A stretch of DNA of 63,683 nt, the filler included, from Anaerolineae bacterium (lineage in GTDB: Bacteria; Chloroflexota; Anaerolineae; Epilineales; Epilineaceae): assembly GCA_029262755.1 (NCBI GenBank). It is 6 parts of 6 records of this genome, joined end to end, with 100 filler letters (N's around TTAATTAATTAA, not from the genome) between each part and the next. Parts side by side here need not be neighbours in the genome. Positions count along the whole stretch, not along the records: positions 13,221 to 33,200 come from JAJCYU010000323.1; 5 more parts are not named here. The stretch is one strand, 5' to 3'. Shown in pieces: positions 21,201 to 29,974 of the stretch (positions are counted from its first letter, which is position 1; every line of letters starts with the position of its first letter). The position numbers and the translations under genes were made by a program. The notes below the pieces were generated by a model, which saw nothing but the letters and a program-made list of their open reading frames with translations, searched no databases and was not told the origin of the DNA.

Positions 21201-22528
21201 GCGAAGAGCACGAGGCCGAGCAACGGGGCGAGGTCGGCGCGGGCATTGCGCTCGGTCGCGCGATCGTCGGTTGCGCGGTGCGACGATGTCCTGCCGGTCG
21301 CGCGATCGCCCGGCACCGCGACCTTGGTCGCCCGCTCGCCTGTTGCATGGGCGGTGCGCGTGCGGTCGCTCGCCTTCAGGCGGTCGCCGCTCCTCGCCCC
21401 CGCGAACGCGCGCCACGCCGCACCCGCGGCCAGCGCTAGCCCGGCGAGGGTCCACGGCGTCGTGCGCCACCACCAGGCGACCGGGTAGAACCAGCGGCCC
21501 GGATCGGCAATCGGGCGTCCGCGGAAGTAGTTGTGGCCTTCGTGCGGGTTCGCCGCGTAGTCCGCCGCGCCGCCGAAGACCTGGCTGAGCGTTTCGATCG
21601 GGGCGACCCACATCGACGGCCACGTGGCCATGTACGCGGCCGCGGCGCCGATGGCCCACGGCAGAAGGCGCAACGCGGCCTCGAGGACGGCGGCGGGCAG
21701 CGCGCGCACGGCGGCGACGATCAGCGTGCGGACCGTTGCGGCGGGCACCATGCTACCGCTCTCCGTCCGCGCCATCGCCACCCTACGCCCCCACGCGTCC
21801 AAGCCGAGGACGAGTCCCGTCCACGGCACAAGGAAGATCGCGGGGCTCTTGGCCAGCGCCGCCCAGCCGCCAAATGCACCGGCCAAGAGCAGCCAAAGGG
21901 TCGACGGGGCGCGCGTCACGGACGCGCCGTCGCGGGGCGTGCCGCGCGCGCCGTGGATCGCGACGAGCGTGGCGAGCGCGGACAAGAGCATGAGCGACGT
22001 GGAGAGCGCGTCGACGTGGAGCACGCGGCCGAGCGGGATGAAGAAGGGATCTAGGGCAAGGAGCGTGCCGGCCAGCAGCGCGGTACGCCGGTCGAAGAGC
22101 CGCGCGAGCAGCAGCACCGCCAGCGCGATGCACAACGCGACGAAGACCGCCACGCGCTTACGGCCGGCGAAGAGCCGATCGCGGATCCCGTCCAGCGCGG
22201 GGCGCGGCGCATCGACGACGAGCTTGCTCATCTCGAGCTCGCGACAGGCCACGGCCCAGTCCGCGTCGGGGTCGACCTCTTGGCCGAGCCCGCCGAGCCA
22301 CATCGTGATCACGCCCGGGTGTTCCTTCTGGTAGGTCCCGGCCGGATCGCCGGTGGACAGTGCGTTCCAGAAGTTGGCCGAGCGGCAGGTCCAGCGCGTC
22401 TCGTCGGGCGTCAGGAAGCGGTCGAGCGCGGGCAGGCGCATGGCCAGCGCGGCGGCCAGGACGAGCGCGATGCCGACGGCGAATACGACCCTGCTGCGCA
22501 GTAGTGCGTTCAGTAGTAGCGCGTTCAA
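18278..22528 (-). CDS. GT-C (PMT/ArnT-like) glycosyltransferase with extracellular C-terminal repeats
   Basis: TPDE, HPGVITMW, RVLHVD, KKFDRY; C-terminal FLHL..Q.D..PT..W..G..GxYD domains. The TTG start at 22528 overlaps the upstream stop. Confidence 0.85.
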   Translation of the reverse strand: MNALLLNALLRSRVVFAVGIALVLAAALAMRLPALDRFLTPDETRWTCRSANFWNALSTGDPAGTYQKEHPGVITMWLGGLGQEVDPDADWAVACRELEMSKLVVDAPRPALDGIRDRLFAGRKRVAVFVALCIALAVLLLARLFDRRTALLAGTLLALDPFFIPLGRVLHVDALSTSLMLLSALATLVAIHGARGTPRDGASVTRAPSTLWLLLAGAFGGWAALAKSPAIFLVPWTGLVLGLDAWGRRVAMARTESGSMVPAATVRTLIVAAVRALPAAVLEAALRLLPWAIGAAAAYMATWPSMWVAPIETLSQVFGGAADYAANPHEGHNYFRGRPIADPGRWFYPVAWWWRTTPWTLAGLALAAGAAWRAFAGARSGDRLKASDRTRTAHATGERATKVAVPGDRATGRTSSHRATDDRATERNARADLAPLLGLVLFAGFFALFMSLGAKKFDRYLLPAIPPLLIVAAWGWRRAAAGAAAWLHARSARQTVIDAASAAIRGGSGDVPDGAATIAADVADDSEAGVSRGRTRDSSAHRAGTQAFATTWLVLAGALAFTSASHRPYFLTWFNPLAGGQVQAPATLLVGWGEGTGDPAFWLNERPDAESLEVATRYRSAFGPLFRGSALEMNKIDPATVDYYFFYLNQLQRDLDPELIERFGLAVENVAAGTPAWWDVVQARIADGAQAPDHVTRIDDLVYGLLYENRNADPALAAIAERANPATDAIVTRADSGFAARYDGPLPLIGIEPDADRETILTTLEAAFRDHARVWWVRYDDLIPRPGLEQADHALAVRTYQTWTAAFPELRVARYERPPGATQVDFSAPVTAPVRALDVTFDDRLALSGIRLSSEPIQWGRGLDVTLSWRALTDLDANYTAFLHLIGPDGRRWAQQDRRIGDERLVPTERWAAGDGADDTYFLSIPPGTPPGRYTLLIGVYDPAADVRLAPRLASTAEFALPTTTATTTTTTAGGAGEPGEGGADRDVATAEGGATDVISDVDGDSDGDENLDVDGNPDVDGDPNVDGNPDADTRAATTPRTIAIALDGDALTVPVIVGRSPFVPADDLLELDVRSGALFDRLELVGGTLGGEAVGGRTVSVGLVWRQVAGDTQAGPSVRTCSQEVDSETRASTGLTIDNPHVWLRWVDADGRSIATALTPLVAEPDGFTFVDGEPHRMWVDVEVDGRAITGDSRLFVRLVDPIDVDAGGANAAGAEATDDGATDDGGATDDGATDDNGRFACVLGPVEGDDRADLVVPITGPGRHFAIPEDGPPGTEPLPAPAQIGDVADLVAAGTHPATASAGDVVTATLIWHARRETADNLTAFVHLVAQDGRIVAQQDAPPGDAERPTSSWLEGEYLVQTIPLMLPTDVPSGALRLITGLYDPSTGDRLPVRGDDAVVLPDDRVRAASVRVR

Positions 22529-25500
22529 GGGAGCGCTGCGCCCTTCGGCACGACGACCTCGATCACGCCCAGATCCACACGGTTGCCGGCCGGGTTGCCG
22601 GCCACGTCCCGCACCTCGAGCCGCTCCAACGTCTCGTAGTCGTAGAGCCCGACCAGCAGCGAATAGCCGCCCCGCGGCGCGTCCGGATCGATCTCGATGA
22701 CGCGCCGATCCACGATGACATCGCCCGGCCGCCACATGGTCGTCGGTCGCGGCGGGCCGCACACGCCCTTGGCATCGCGGTCGTGCGGCGTGCCGTCGTG
22801 CTGCCCGACCAGGCGCTCGCCTTCGCGCTCAACATGGGCGAAGACCGAGTAGTCCTTGTCGAGCTCCGCCGTTGCTTCCCACCACAGGCTGAGCACCACC
22901 TGCCCGCCGGGAACCACGACCTCGCCGTGCTCCACGCGCCAGCCGCGCAGGCGCGCGCGGCCGCCGAGGTCGATGTCGACCGGGTTGGGCGCGAAGCGCA
23001 GCGGATCGCCGTAGGGCAGCATGGTTTCGAAGGAGGGGCCGCTCGCATCGCGGTCGAACGCGGCCGAAAAGCCGTCCTCCAAGGTGGAGAAGGGCGGTGG
23101 CGCGCCGGCGGGTCGCGCCAAGCCGCCGGCACGGGCGGTGGCGCCGAGCGCCGTCGCGGGATCCACCATGGCAAGCGACAGCGACAGGACATCGTCGGAG
23201 TACTCGATGAGCGAAGAGCCTTCCTGAACCTCGGCCGAGCTGGCGGCAAGGAGCTCCCAGACCACGATGCGGGTCTGTCCCATCGTCTGCACATAGCCGG
23301 TCGGCCGGTAGCCTGCCGCCCCAAGATCCTCGGGAATCGGTCGCACGTCCTGCACGTCCTCTGCCACGAACACGAAGCGAGGCGCCACGTCGCAGCGCGG
23401 CATCCCGCGCGTGTACCAGGCGGTGACCGGCTGCTCTTCGTTGCTGTCGTAGTCGCCGATCATCGGTGTCTCGTCCGAGCCGCGCGGCACGTCCGGCGAG
23501 AACAGAACACCGACCGTCTTCCATCCTGCGCGATACGGGAAGCCGAACCAACCACTGGAGGGCAGATCGGGATAGGGCATCCAGTAGCCGGCCATCCGCG
23601 TCTCCGGCCAACCGCGACGGTACTCGAGACCGCGATCGAGAAAGGCGCCGACTGCGTAGCGCGCACCGTAGGCGTACAGCGCGACGCCGGCCAACACGAG
23701 GCCGAGGCGCACTGCGCGCGACGTGGTGGAGGACGGCAGGGAGGTCGGTGGCAGTGGCGATGTCGATGAGAACGCAGCCGAGGAGGGCGATGTCGCGAGA
23801 TCCGGTGTAGGTTGTCCCAGCGTTGAGGGAGGCTGCGAAGGCGCGCCGGTCCCCGATCGATCGTGGGCAGCCAGCGTGTCCGGCGTCCGATCCCACGGCC
23901 GCCATCGACCCCGCCACAGCGCCGCCAACGGCAGCGCCATCAGGAGGCTCCACGCGGGGAAGGCTGTGTGCACATGCGTGCGCGGGCTCTCCACCATCGT
24001 CACGTAGAACACGAAGGGCACCATGAGCCACAGCCACACGGCCTTCCAGCCGTCGTCGGGACCGCGAACCGCGAGGCCCGCGAGCGCGACGGCGCCGACG
24101 AAGAGGATCGTGCCGTTGAAGGCGCCCCACTGGAACCAGGTGGGGCGCAGGAGGATGGCCGCCGAGCCGAGCACGAACAGCACCGACGCGACAGCGCTCG
24201 ATGGAGCCGGGAGCCAGGCGCGCAGCCGGCGCACGAACTCGGCGCCCAGACCGAAGCACCAGACGAGCAGGACGAGCGCGGGCGTGTAGAAGGCAGCGAG
24301 GGTCGCGGAGTTCGTCAGCGTGTTGTGGAAGAACGATCGTTCCTCGTCGCCGCCGCCCAGCCGGACATCGAGCAGGTAGGGCAGGGTTGTCGACTGGAAG
24401 TAAGGGTGGCGCGCGAGCGGCGCGTAGAAGGCGCCGAGCAACACCGTGCCCAGCACGGTCGCCGCGCCGACCCACGGCAGGTCGCGCCGCCAGGCGCCGG
24501 CTTGCGTCCGCCAACGACGCACGAGCAGCCACAGCAGGGCGGGCGCGACGAGGCCGGCGTCATAGTGCGCTAACAGGCCTGCGGCCAGCAGGAGCGCGGC
24601 TAGGAGAATCCAAGCGGGCGCGTCGCGTTCGTCGGGCTCCGCCTTGTCGCGTTCGGCGCCGCGCAGGCGCAGAAAGCACCACAGGGCGAGTGTGGACAAC
24701 AAGAACACGACGCCCTGGTACTGCACGATGCGCGCGAAGGCGATGAAGAAGCCGTTGAGGCCAAGAGCCAGGGCCGCGATCGTCGCCGCGGTCCCGCCGA
24801 AGAGCCCACGACCCACGACGAAGAGCGCGAGCAGCCCTGCGAGCGTCGCGAAGGTGAAGGGCAGGCGCGCGCGGGTCTCGTCGACGCGCTCCTGGAGCGC
24901 GTAAACCTGGGCCGTGAGTAGGATCTCGGCGGGTCCCTTCTTGTGGATATAGTGGGCGTCGTCACGTCCTTCGACCGCGGCGGCAGCCTTGGTCAGCACG
25001 ATCGCCTCATCGCCCTGGAACTCGGACCAGCCGACGTGCGGCAGGCGCAGACCCGCGGCCAACACGAGGACGAGCGCGACCTGCGCCCACGTCCGCGCCG
25101 GCACGGGCCGCGGCCGTCCGGCTGCGCCCCGTCGCCACGCGGCTACCGCGTAGAGCAGCAGGGCGAAGCCGTGCAGCGCGACGAGGCGGTTGACGGTGAT
25201 CGGACCGGGCAGGTCGTGCAGCAGCAAGCCCGCGAGGATCGCATGCGCGAAGCCGGCGCCGAGCACGAGGGCGATGCGCTCCAGCACGTCGGTCGCGGCA
25301 CGTCGCGGCAGGAAGACGTCGATGAGCAGCCAGCCGGGGCCGAGGACTGCCAGTACCGCGGCTGCAGCCAACACGTACGGCCACGCGAGGCCGGCGGCGG
25401 GACCGTCCGGACCCGCGAGCAGCAAGACGGGCATCGCGAGTCCGGCCAGGCCAAGCGCCCAAACGCTGCCGATCGGCGCTCCCCGCCGCTGCCGTGCGAC

Positions 25501-25575
25501 GCCCGCATCGGACGCGGGCGGGGCTACGGGCGGCGGCGCGGTCGCGGGCGTGGGCGGCGTGTCGGCGGACGGCAT
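22525..25575 (-). CDS. GT-C (PMT/ArnT-like) membrane glycosyltransferase
   Basis: EFQGDE loop motif, HKKGP, ARIVQYQ, many TM helices, C-terminal DYSVFAH...PTTMWRPG...GLYD domain. The start is inferred (MPSADT). Confidence 0.82.
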   Translation of the reverse strand: MPSADTPPTPATAPPPVAPPASDAGVARQRRGAPIGSVWALGLAGLAMPVLLLAGPDGPAAGLAWPYVLAAAAVLAVLGPGWLLIDVFLPRRAATDVLERIALVLGAGFAHAILAGLLLHDLPGPITVNRLVALHGFALLLYAVAAWRRGAAGRPRPVPARTWAQVALVLVLAAGLRLPHVGWSEFQGDEAIVLTKAAAAVEGRDDAHYIHKKGPAEILLTAQVYALQERVDETRARLPFTFATLAGLLALFVVGRGLFGGTAATIAALALGLNGFFIAFARIVQYQGVVFLLSTLALWCFLRLRGAERDKAEPDERDAPAWILLAALLLAAGLLAHYDAGLVAPALLWLLVRRWRTQAGAWRRDLPWVGAATVLGTVLLGAFYAPLARHPYFQSTTLPYLLDVRLGGGDEERSFFHNTLTNSATLAAFYTPALVLLVWCFGLGAEFVRRLRAWLPAPSSAVASVLFVLGSAAILLRPTWFQWGAFNGTILFVGAVALAGLAVRGPDDGWKAVWLWLMVPFVFYVTMVESPRTHVHTAFPAWSLLMALPLAALWRGRWRPWDRTPDTLAAHDRSGTGAPSQPPSTLGQPTPDLATSPSSAAFSSTSPLPPTSLPSSTTSRAVRLGLVLAGVALYAYGARYAVGAFLDRGLEYRRGWPETRMAGYWMPYPDLPSSGWFGFPYRAGWKTVGVLFSPDVPRGSDETPMIGDYDSNEEQPVTAWYTRGMPRCDVAPRFVFVAEDVQDVRPIPEDLGAAGYRPTGYVQTMGQTRIVVWELLAASSAEVQEGSSLIEYSDDVLSLSLAMVDPATALGATARAGGLARPAGAPPPFSTLEDGFSAAFDRDASGPSFETMLPYGDPLRFAPNPVDIDLGGRARLRGWRVEHGEVVVPGGQVVLSLWWEATAELDKDYSVFAHVEREGERLVGQHDGTPHDRDAKGVCGPPRPTTMWRPGDVIVDRRVIEIDPDAPRGGYSLLVGLYDYETLERLEVRDVAGNPAGNRVDLGVIEVVVPKGAALP

Positions 25576-25940
25576 GGCGGCGTGCACTCTCCCAGCGCGC
25601 GGAGGGCAGTCACGCGCCGCAACGGTCGGACGCGGTGGTCGGACGAAGAGGCGTCCGCACCTACCGGGCCGGTGGCACCAGCGATGCCGGTCGGGGGCGC
25701 CGCGCGATGGCACTGCACGTCGATCCAGGCATAGGACCCTGGCGACGTTTTCGCGCGGCGATCGGCGGGCGACAGGGTAGCCGGGTGGGTAGGGGGCGGC
25801 AAGCGTGTGGGGGGTGGCCGTTACCGGGTCGATGGGGCCACCGAGGCGGACTCGCGCATCCCTGGCGGCCCGCCTGGTGCGACCGCCCCTGGCGGTGCCC
25901 CCGTGGTACGACGGCTCCGCTATCCTGCTCCTACGCTTGC

Positions 25941-25988
25941 CCCATCGCGGCAATTCCATCGCAGCAATCCCATCGCGGCAATCCCACC
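25941..25988. repeat. 3 x 14-bp tandem repeat upstream of surE
   Basis: CCCATCGCGGCAAT / TCCATCGCAGCAAT / CCCATCGCGGCAAT plus a partial fourth unit. Confidence 0.85.
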
Positions 25989-26008
25989 GAACTAGAGCGG
26001 AGCCCGCC

Positions 26009-26989
26009 ATGCACATCCTCGTCACCAACGACGACGGCGTCGACGCGCCCGGACTGGCGGCGCTCGCCGCGGCGCTGCGTCCCTTGGGCCGGGTGACGAT
26101 CTTGGCGCCGGATCGCAATTGGTCGGCGTCGGGGCACGTGAAGACGCTCCACAAGCCGCTGCGGCTCATGGCCACGTTCGCCGCGGATGGTTCGGATGCC
26201 CTGGCGTGCAGCGGTGCACCGTCCGACGGCGTGGCGCTCGCGATCCTCGGTGCCGTGGACGGGCCGATCGACCTCGTTGTGTCGGGCATCAACCCGGTCA
26301 ACAATCTGGGCCACGACGTCACGTACTCCGGCACCGTGACGGCCGCCATGGAAGCCGCGGTGTGGGGCATCCCCGGCATCGCGGTGTCGGTCGGCGGACG
26401 GTCGGGCGATGACGCAGTGGTCGAGTACGGGCCTGCCGCGGCCATCGCACGGCAGGTGGCCGAGCGGGTCATCGCGCACGGCCTTCCCAGCGGCACGCTG
26501 CTCAACGTCAACGTGCCGCCGGGTCACCGGGCGGACCTACGCGGCCTCGAGATCACCCGCCAAGGCCAGCGCGTCTACCGCGACAAACTCGTGGTGCGTA
26601 ACGATCCACGCGGCCGACCCTATTACTGGTTCGGCGGCGACGCTCCGGCCGGCGTCGAGGATCCGGGCACGGACATCGGCGCGGTAGCTCGGGGCATCGT
26701 GTCCATCACGCCGCTGCGCCTGGACCTGACCGCACGCGACATGCTGGAAAGCGTGCGCTCCTGGGATCTGGACCTGGACGCTCTCGTCTTTGAGGCCGAC
26801 GTGACCGGCGAATCCGACGCGACCAGAGCTTCCGGCGATTCCGGCGATTCCAGCGGATTCGAGGAGATCGATGCGACCGGCGCGACAGGCGGGGCCGGCG
26901 CGACAGCGAAGAGGACAGGGCCCGGCACCGGCGCCGGCGGGAGCGGGAGCGGGTCGGCGTCCAGCGAGACCACGGCCCCGACACCGTGA
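26009..26989 (+). CDS. surE: 5'/3'-nucleotidase SurE
   Basis: MHILVTNDDG, SGIN, YSGTV, SITPL motifs; low-complexity C-terminal tail. Confidence 0.96.
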   Translation: MHILVTNDDGVDAPGLAALAAALRPLGRVTILAPDRNWSASGHVKTLHKPLRLMATFAADGSDALACSGAPSDGVALAILGAVDGPIDLVVSGINPVNNLGHDVTYSGTVTAAMEAAVWGIPGIAVSVGGRSGDDAVVEYGPAAAIARQVAERVIAHGLPSGTLLNVNVPPGHRADLRGLEITRQGQRVYRDKLVVRNDPRGRPYYWFGGDAPAGVEDPGTDIGAVARGIVSITPLRLDLTARDMLESVRSWDLDLDALVFEADVTGESDATRASGDSGDSSGFEEIDATGATGGAGATAKRTGPGTGAGGSGSGSASSETTAPTP

Positions 26990-27693
26990 GCGACGCGACG
27001 GCGCCCGGCGCCCAACTCGCCGCGCTCGAGGCAGAGCTCATCACGTGCCGGCGCTGCCCGCGCCTGGTTGCCTGGCGCGAGCAGGTCGCGCGCGAGAAGC
27101 GCGCGGCGTACACGGACCACACCTATTGGGGGCGACCCGTGCCCGGCTTCGGCGATCCGGAGGCCTGGCTACTCTTGGTCGGCCTCGCTCCGGGCGCGCA
27201 TGGCTCAAACCGTACGGGGCGCATGTTCACCGGGGACCGCAGCGGTGATTGGCTCTTCGCATCGCTCCACCGCGCCGGCCTTGCCGATCGCCCCACGGCC
27301 GTAGACCGCGACGACGGGCTGGAGCTCAACGGCACGTGGATCACGGCGGCCGTACGCTGCGCGCCGCCGGCCAACCGCCCGACCGGCGCGGAATGGCAGG
27401 CATGCCGACCATGGCTCGAGAGCGAGTTCGACATACTCCTGCCCCGCACGCGCGTAGTCGTCGCGCTCGGCGGCTACGCCTACGATCGCGTGCTTCGCAG
27501 CCTGCGCGATCGCGGTGAGGCCGTCCCGAAACCCAAGCCCAAATTCGGGCATGGCGTCGAGGTTACGGTAGGCGCGCGCACCGTGATTGGTTGCTACCAT
27601 CCCAGCCAGCAGAATACGTTCACGGGACGCCTGACGGAGGCGATGCTCGACGACGTGTGGCGCCACGCGAACAGCTTGAGCCCCAGAGACTGA
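26986..27693 (+). CDS. Uracil-DNA glycosylase family 5 (UdgB-type, Fe-S)
   Basis: CRRCPRL, GLAPGAHGSNRTGRMFTGDRSG, HPSQQNTFTG. Confidence 0.93.
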   Translation: MSDATAPGAQLAALEAELITCRRCPRLVAWREQVAREKRAAYTDHTYWGRPVPGFGDPEAWLLLVGLAPGAHGSNRTGRMFTGDRSGDWLFASLHRAGLADRPTAVDRDDGLELNGTWITAAVRCAPPANRPTGAEWQACRPWLESEFDILLPRTRVVVALGGYAYDRVLRSLRDRGEAVPKPKPKFGHGVEVTVGARTVIGCYHPSQQNTFTGRLTEAMLDDVWRHANSLSPRD

Positions 27694-27723
27694 GCTTCGC
27701 CGCGGAAGTCCGCAAGTTGGCCA

Positions 27724-27752
27724 TTGTCACCAGCGTCGGCATGTTGTACCAT
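27724..27752 (+). promoter_or_regulatory. Putative sigma70-type promoter for rho
   Basis: TTGTCA-N17-TACCAT, about 425 nt upstream of the rho ATG. Confidence 0.55.
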
Positions 27753-28178
27753 GACGCCGCCGCGGGCTCCCATCGAGCCTGAGCACGGCACCCCACCTCA
27801 ACGCGATCCCTCGCCTGCGCCCTTCGGGGCAGCGATTTGGCATGGATCGATCAAGAACCGCCCGCCCTACGGGGCGAGGCCGAGCGTGGGCAGACGTCGC
27901 GACGCAACCGTCGCGCTCACCGCGCCGCCGCGAAAACAAGGTCCGGACGGCGCTATCACCCGAAGTTCCCAGGCCCGGAGCATTGCCTCCGCATCGCGCA
28001 GCCGCGACCGCCGCGGATGACCTCGGTTATCCGCGCGCCCGGTCCCGATCAAGCGCCGCCCTTCCGGGCTTCGAGCACGTTGGAAATTTACGACCGCGCC
28101 CCGTGGCTCGGCGACGGCACCCTTCCAGCGCCCGAATGGCGGGCCTGGCGCGGGTGCGCAACCCCAAGAAGGAAATCC

Positions 28179-29672
28179 ATGTCTGACATCTATGAAGAGC
28201 AATCAACCCCCGGCGGCGGCGATAGCGGCGGCGGCGGTTCCAGCGGCGGATCGGGAGGCAGCGAAAGCGGCGGCGATTCGGGCAACAGCAGCGGCGGCCG
28301 ACGTCGCCGACGCCGACGACCCACCAACCCGGACAGCCAAGGCGGTCAGGGCGGCCAAGGCGGCCAGGGCGGCCAGAGCAACCAGAGCGACGATGGTTCG
28401 CAGGGCAACCAAGGCGGAAGCAAGCCGCGCCGCAGACGTCGGCGACGACGCAGCGGGGGTGGCGGCGGTGGCGGCGGCGGGAATACCAACAACAGCAGCA
28501 ATCGCGGCGGGCAGGGTGGACGAGGCGGGAACCGTCGGAATCAGCGCAGCAATCAGGGCGGCGGCAACCAAGGCGGCGGCAATCAGGGTGGCAACAGTGG
28601 TGGTGGAGGTGGCGGCGGTCCGGAGCGTGAGGTAGACGGGTACCTTGAGCTCACCCGCAACAATGCCGGCGTGCTCCGCTCGGGTGGGCTAGCCGGCTCG
28701 CAGGACCCCCACCTGCCCGTGCACCTCGTGCGCTCGATCGGCCTGCGCGAAGGCGATCTCGTCGAAGGCACGGCGCGCGGCAACACGGTCAAGACGGTCG
28801 TGAAGGTCAACGGCCGCGAGATCGAGGGCATCAACCTCAACGAGCGGATCGATTTCGACACGTTGACGGCCATCCATCCGGAACACGCCTTCTTGCTCGG
28901 TCCCACGGACGACGCCATCACGGGGCGCCTGCTCGACCTCATCGCACCGGTCGGACGCGGCCAACGCGGCCTCATTGTTGCGCCGCCGAAGGCGGGCAAG
29001 ACGACGCTGCTCAAGGACATCGCCCAGGGTCTCGAACAGGATCCCAACATCGAGCTGATCACCATCCTCGTCGGCGAGCGCCCCGAAGAGGTGACCGATA
29101 TGCGTCGCACCGTCGGCGGGACGATCCTGGCCTCCGACCTGGACATGCCGACCACCGACCATATCCGCGTCGCGACGCTCGGCATCGCACACGCGAAGCG
29201 CCTCGTCGAAGAGGGCCGCCACGTCGCCGTGCTCATGGACAGCCTCACCCGCATGGCACGCGCGGTCAACCTCAACACGCGCGGCGGTGGGCGCACCCTC
29301 TCCGGCGGCATGGAGGCCAGCGCGCTGCAGCCGGTCCGCAAGTTCTTCGGCGCGGCGCGCGCCACGGAGGAGGGCGGCAGCCTGACCATCCTGGCCACCT
29401 GCCTGGTCGACACAGGCAGCCGGCTGGACGATGTGGTCTACGAGGAGTTCAAGGGCACGGGCAACATGGAGGTCCACCTGGACCGCAAGCTCGCCCAGAT
29501 GCGCCTCTTCCCCGCGGTGAACATCCGCCGCTCCGGCACCCGTCGCGAGGAACTCCTGCTCGACAAGCAGACCCTCGAGCACGTACGCGGCCTGCGCCGC
29601 AAGCTCAGCGCCGCCTCCGACGACGACGCGCTCAGCGCGCTGCTGACGGCGCTGCAACGGCAGCCGGTGTAG
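28179..29672 (+). CDS. rho: Transcription termination factor Rho with low-complexity N-terminal extension
   Basis: GRGQRGLIVAPPKAGKT, ERPEEV, DSLTR, EEFKGTGNME, SGTRREELL; AAGGA SD before the ATG at 28179. Confidence 0.93.
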   Translation: MSDIYEEQSTPGGGDSGGGGSSGGSGGSESGGDSGNSSGGRRRRRRRPTNPDSQGGQGGQGGQGGQSNQSDDGSQGNQGGSKPRRRRRRRRSGGGGGGGGGNTNNSSNRGGQGGRGGNRRNQRSNQGGGNQGGGNQGGNSGGGGGGGPEREVDGYLELTRNNAGVLRSGGLAGSQDPHLPVHLVRSIGLREGDLVEGTARGNTVKTVVKVNGREIEGINLNERIDFDTLTAIHPEHAFLLGPTDDAITGRLLDLIAPVGRGQRGLIVAPPKAGKTTLLKDIAQGLEQDPNIELITILVGERPEEVTDMRRTVGGTILASDLDMPTTDHIRVATLGIAHAKRLVEEGRHVAVLMDSLTRMARAVNLNTRGGGRTLSGGMEASALQPVRKFFGAARATEEGGSLTILATCLVDTGSRLDDVVYEEFKGTGNMEVHLDRKLAQMRLFPAVNIRRSGTRREELLLDKQTLEHVRGLRRKLSAASDDDALSALLTALQRQPV

Positions 29673-29974
29673 GGGGGAGAGCGGCGCATCGTTTCGCCGG
29701 AGATTGTCTCGCGTCACCGTCCATTGGCGGGGTTGCGCATCTCCGGAGCCCCCGTATCACGCGAACTAATAGCAGGGTCACCGCCCTCAAGGCACCCGCT
29801 TCCAGCACGTCGCGCTCGACCCGCGATCGCCGCAGGAATCTGCCCTAGATGGTGGCTCGAGTGTTCCGATCGGGGCGGCCCTGCTCACACCGGATTGCGA
29901 TGGGCCCGTCCCCTACGCGTCCCTGGCGGCATCTAGAGGTCATTCGCATCGACGATGACTTCGGAGCCCCAACC

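Noticed and set aside
25805..26008. N-terminal extensions in the ORF track for surE (also rho, tsaD, rsmA, rpmB and the GT-C genes)
   Set aside because: Downstream starts with SD sequences or stop/start overlaps match the family N-termini better.
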